A stretch of 64,000 nt of DNA, from the NCBI GenBank assembly GCA_002269645.1, contig NIVC01002896.1, positions 67,366-131,365 on the forward strand, in the 5' to 3' direction. Both the position numbers and the translations under genes were made by a program. Below the pieces are notes generated by a model that did not search any database, was not told where the DNA came from, and worked only from the letters and a program-made list of their open reading frames with translations. Position 1 is the stretch's first letter. Each line of letters opens with the position of its first letter. The stretch comes from Macrostomum lignano. Taxonomy: Eukaryota. Positions 63,383 through 64,000 of the stretch are shown here, in pieces.

Positions 63383-64000
63383 TACCAGAAGCTTGTTGGT
63401 CTTCGCCTTCGGTTTCAGTGTCAAATATATAATTCTATCTAGTTGTTGCAGAGAAAGAACTGGTTGTGCTAGAATCAGTGAGAGAAAAGTTTTTGCTGGC
63501 TCTACGCTAGTTATAAGCTGCTGGCGCGGGGGGGGGCGAAGTCTCGCGAGCGAGGGATTCCAACCATAGACAGTGAGAATTTGGCCTCCACTGAAGGAAT
63601 CGAGAGTGAGCCATCTAGTGTTTATACAATCTGTGGTCTATAGTAGACTGGTCTAACTTTGTGTTTCTGCATACCAAAATCCAAGTCCAGACTAGCTTTT
63701 CAAGACCGGACTACCCTAGACAGAGCTTTCTGCATACGGCCCTAAGGGTCAACCCCATTCAGCTTTATTAATCCGGTTTTAGATTTATGTCCATATTTCG
63801 GATCAGGAGTAGCGATAGACTGATCGATTCCGGCAACATGTGTGACAAGCTCTGACTATGGAGCTGGATTGCCTGACCTCTATTTTCCCTAGAAACCAGA
63901 AAAATAACATCACACCATCATCAATAGGGTGCTTCCGCGAACGGAAACTGGCTGGGTTGACATGACTATCGGGCATTTGATAGCGCGGCCTCATTATAGT

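Overview
Animal (eukaryotic) genomic DNA with spliced genes, not prokaryotic. GC-rich exons, about 80-nt short introns and long introns filled with private 18-35 bp minisatellites suggest the free-living flatworm Macrostomum (inference). Phase-checked gene models: CAF-1 subunit B (CHAF1B, with a 3' frameshift), a BarH-like homeobox gene, a divergent intronless Rab-like GTPase, a prostanoid-receptor-like GPCR, a secreted CAP-ShKT-kringle protein, two partial orphan genes and an 813-aa orphan ORF. Mobile elements: two MULE remnants (one with a PHD finger, one with intact TIRs and a 9-bp TSD), a hAT MITE with an 8-bp TSD, an element with ~360-bp TIRs, a CORE-type tRNA SINE, an RTE-like LINE end, a Tc1-like remnant and a THAP/P-element remnant. 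The most unusual region is a sharply bounded ~9-kb AT-rich domain (about 10.5-19.6 kb) almost free of CpG. It contains a stop-riddled but still spliceable CG-1-like (MULE-type) gene relic and a near-perfect hairpin with 188-bp arms. No CRISPR array, rRNA or true tRNA gene was seen.
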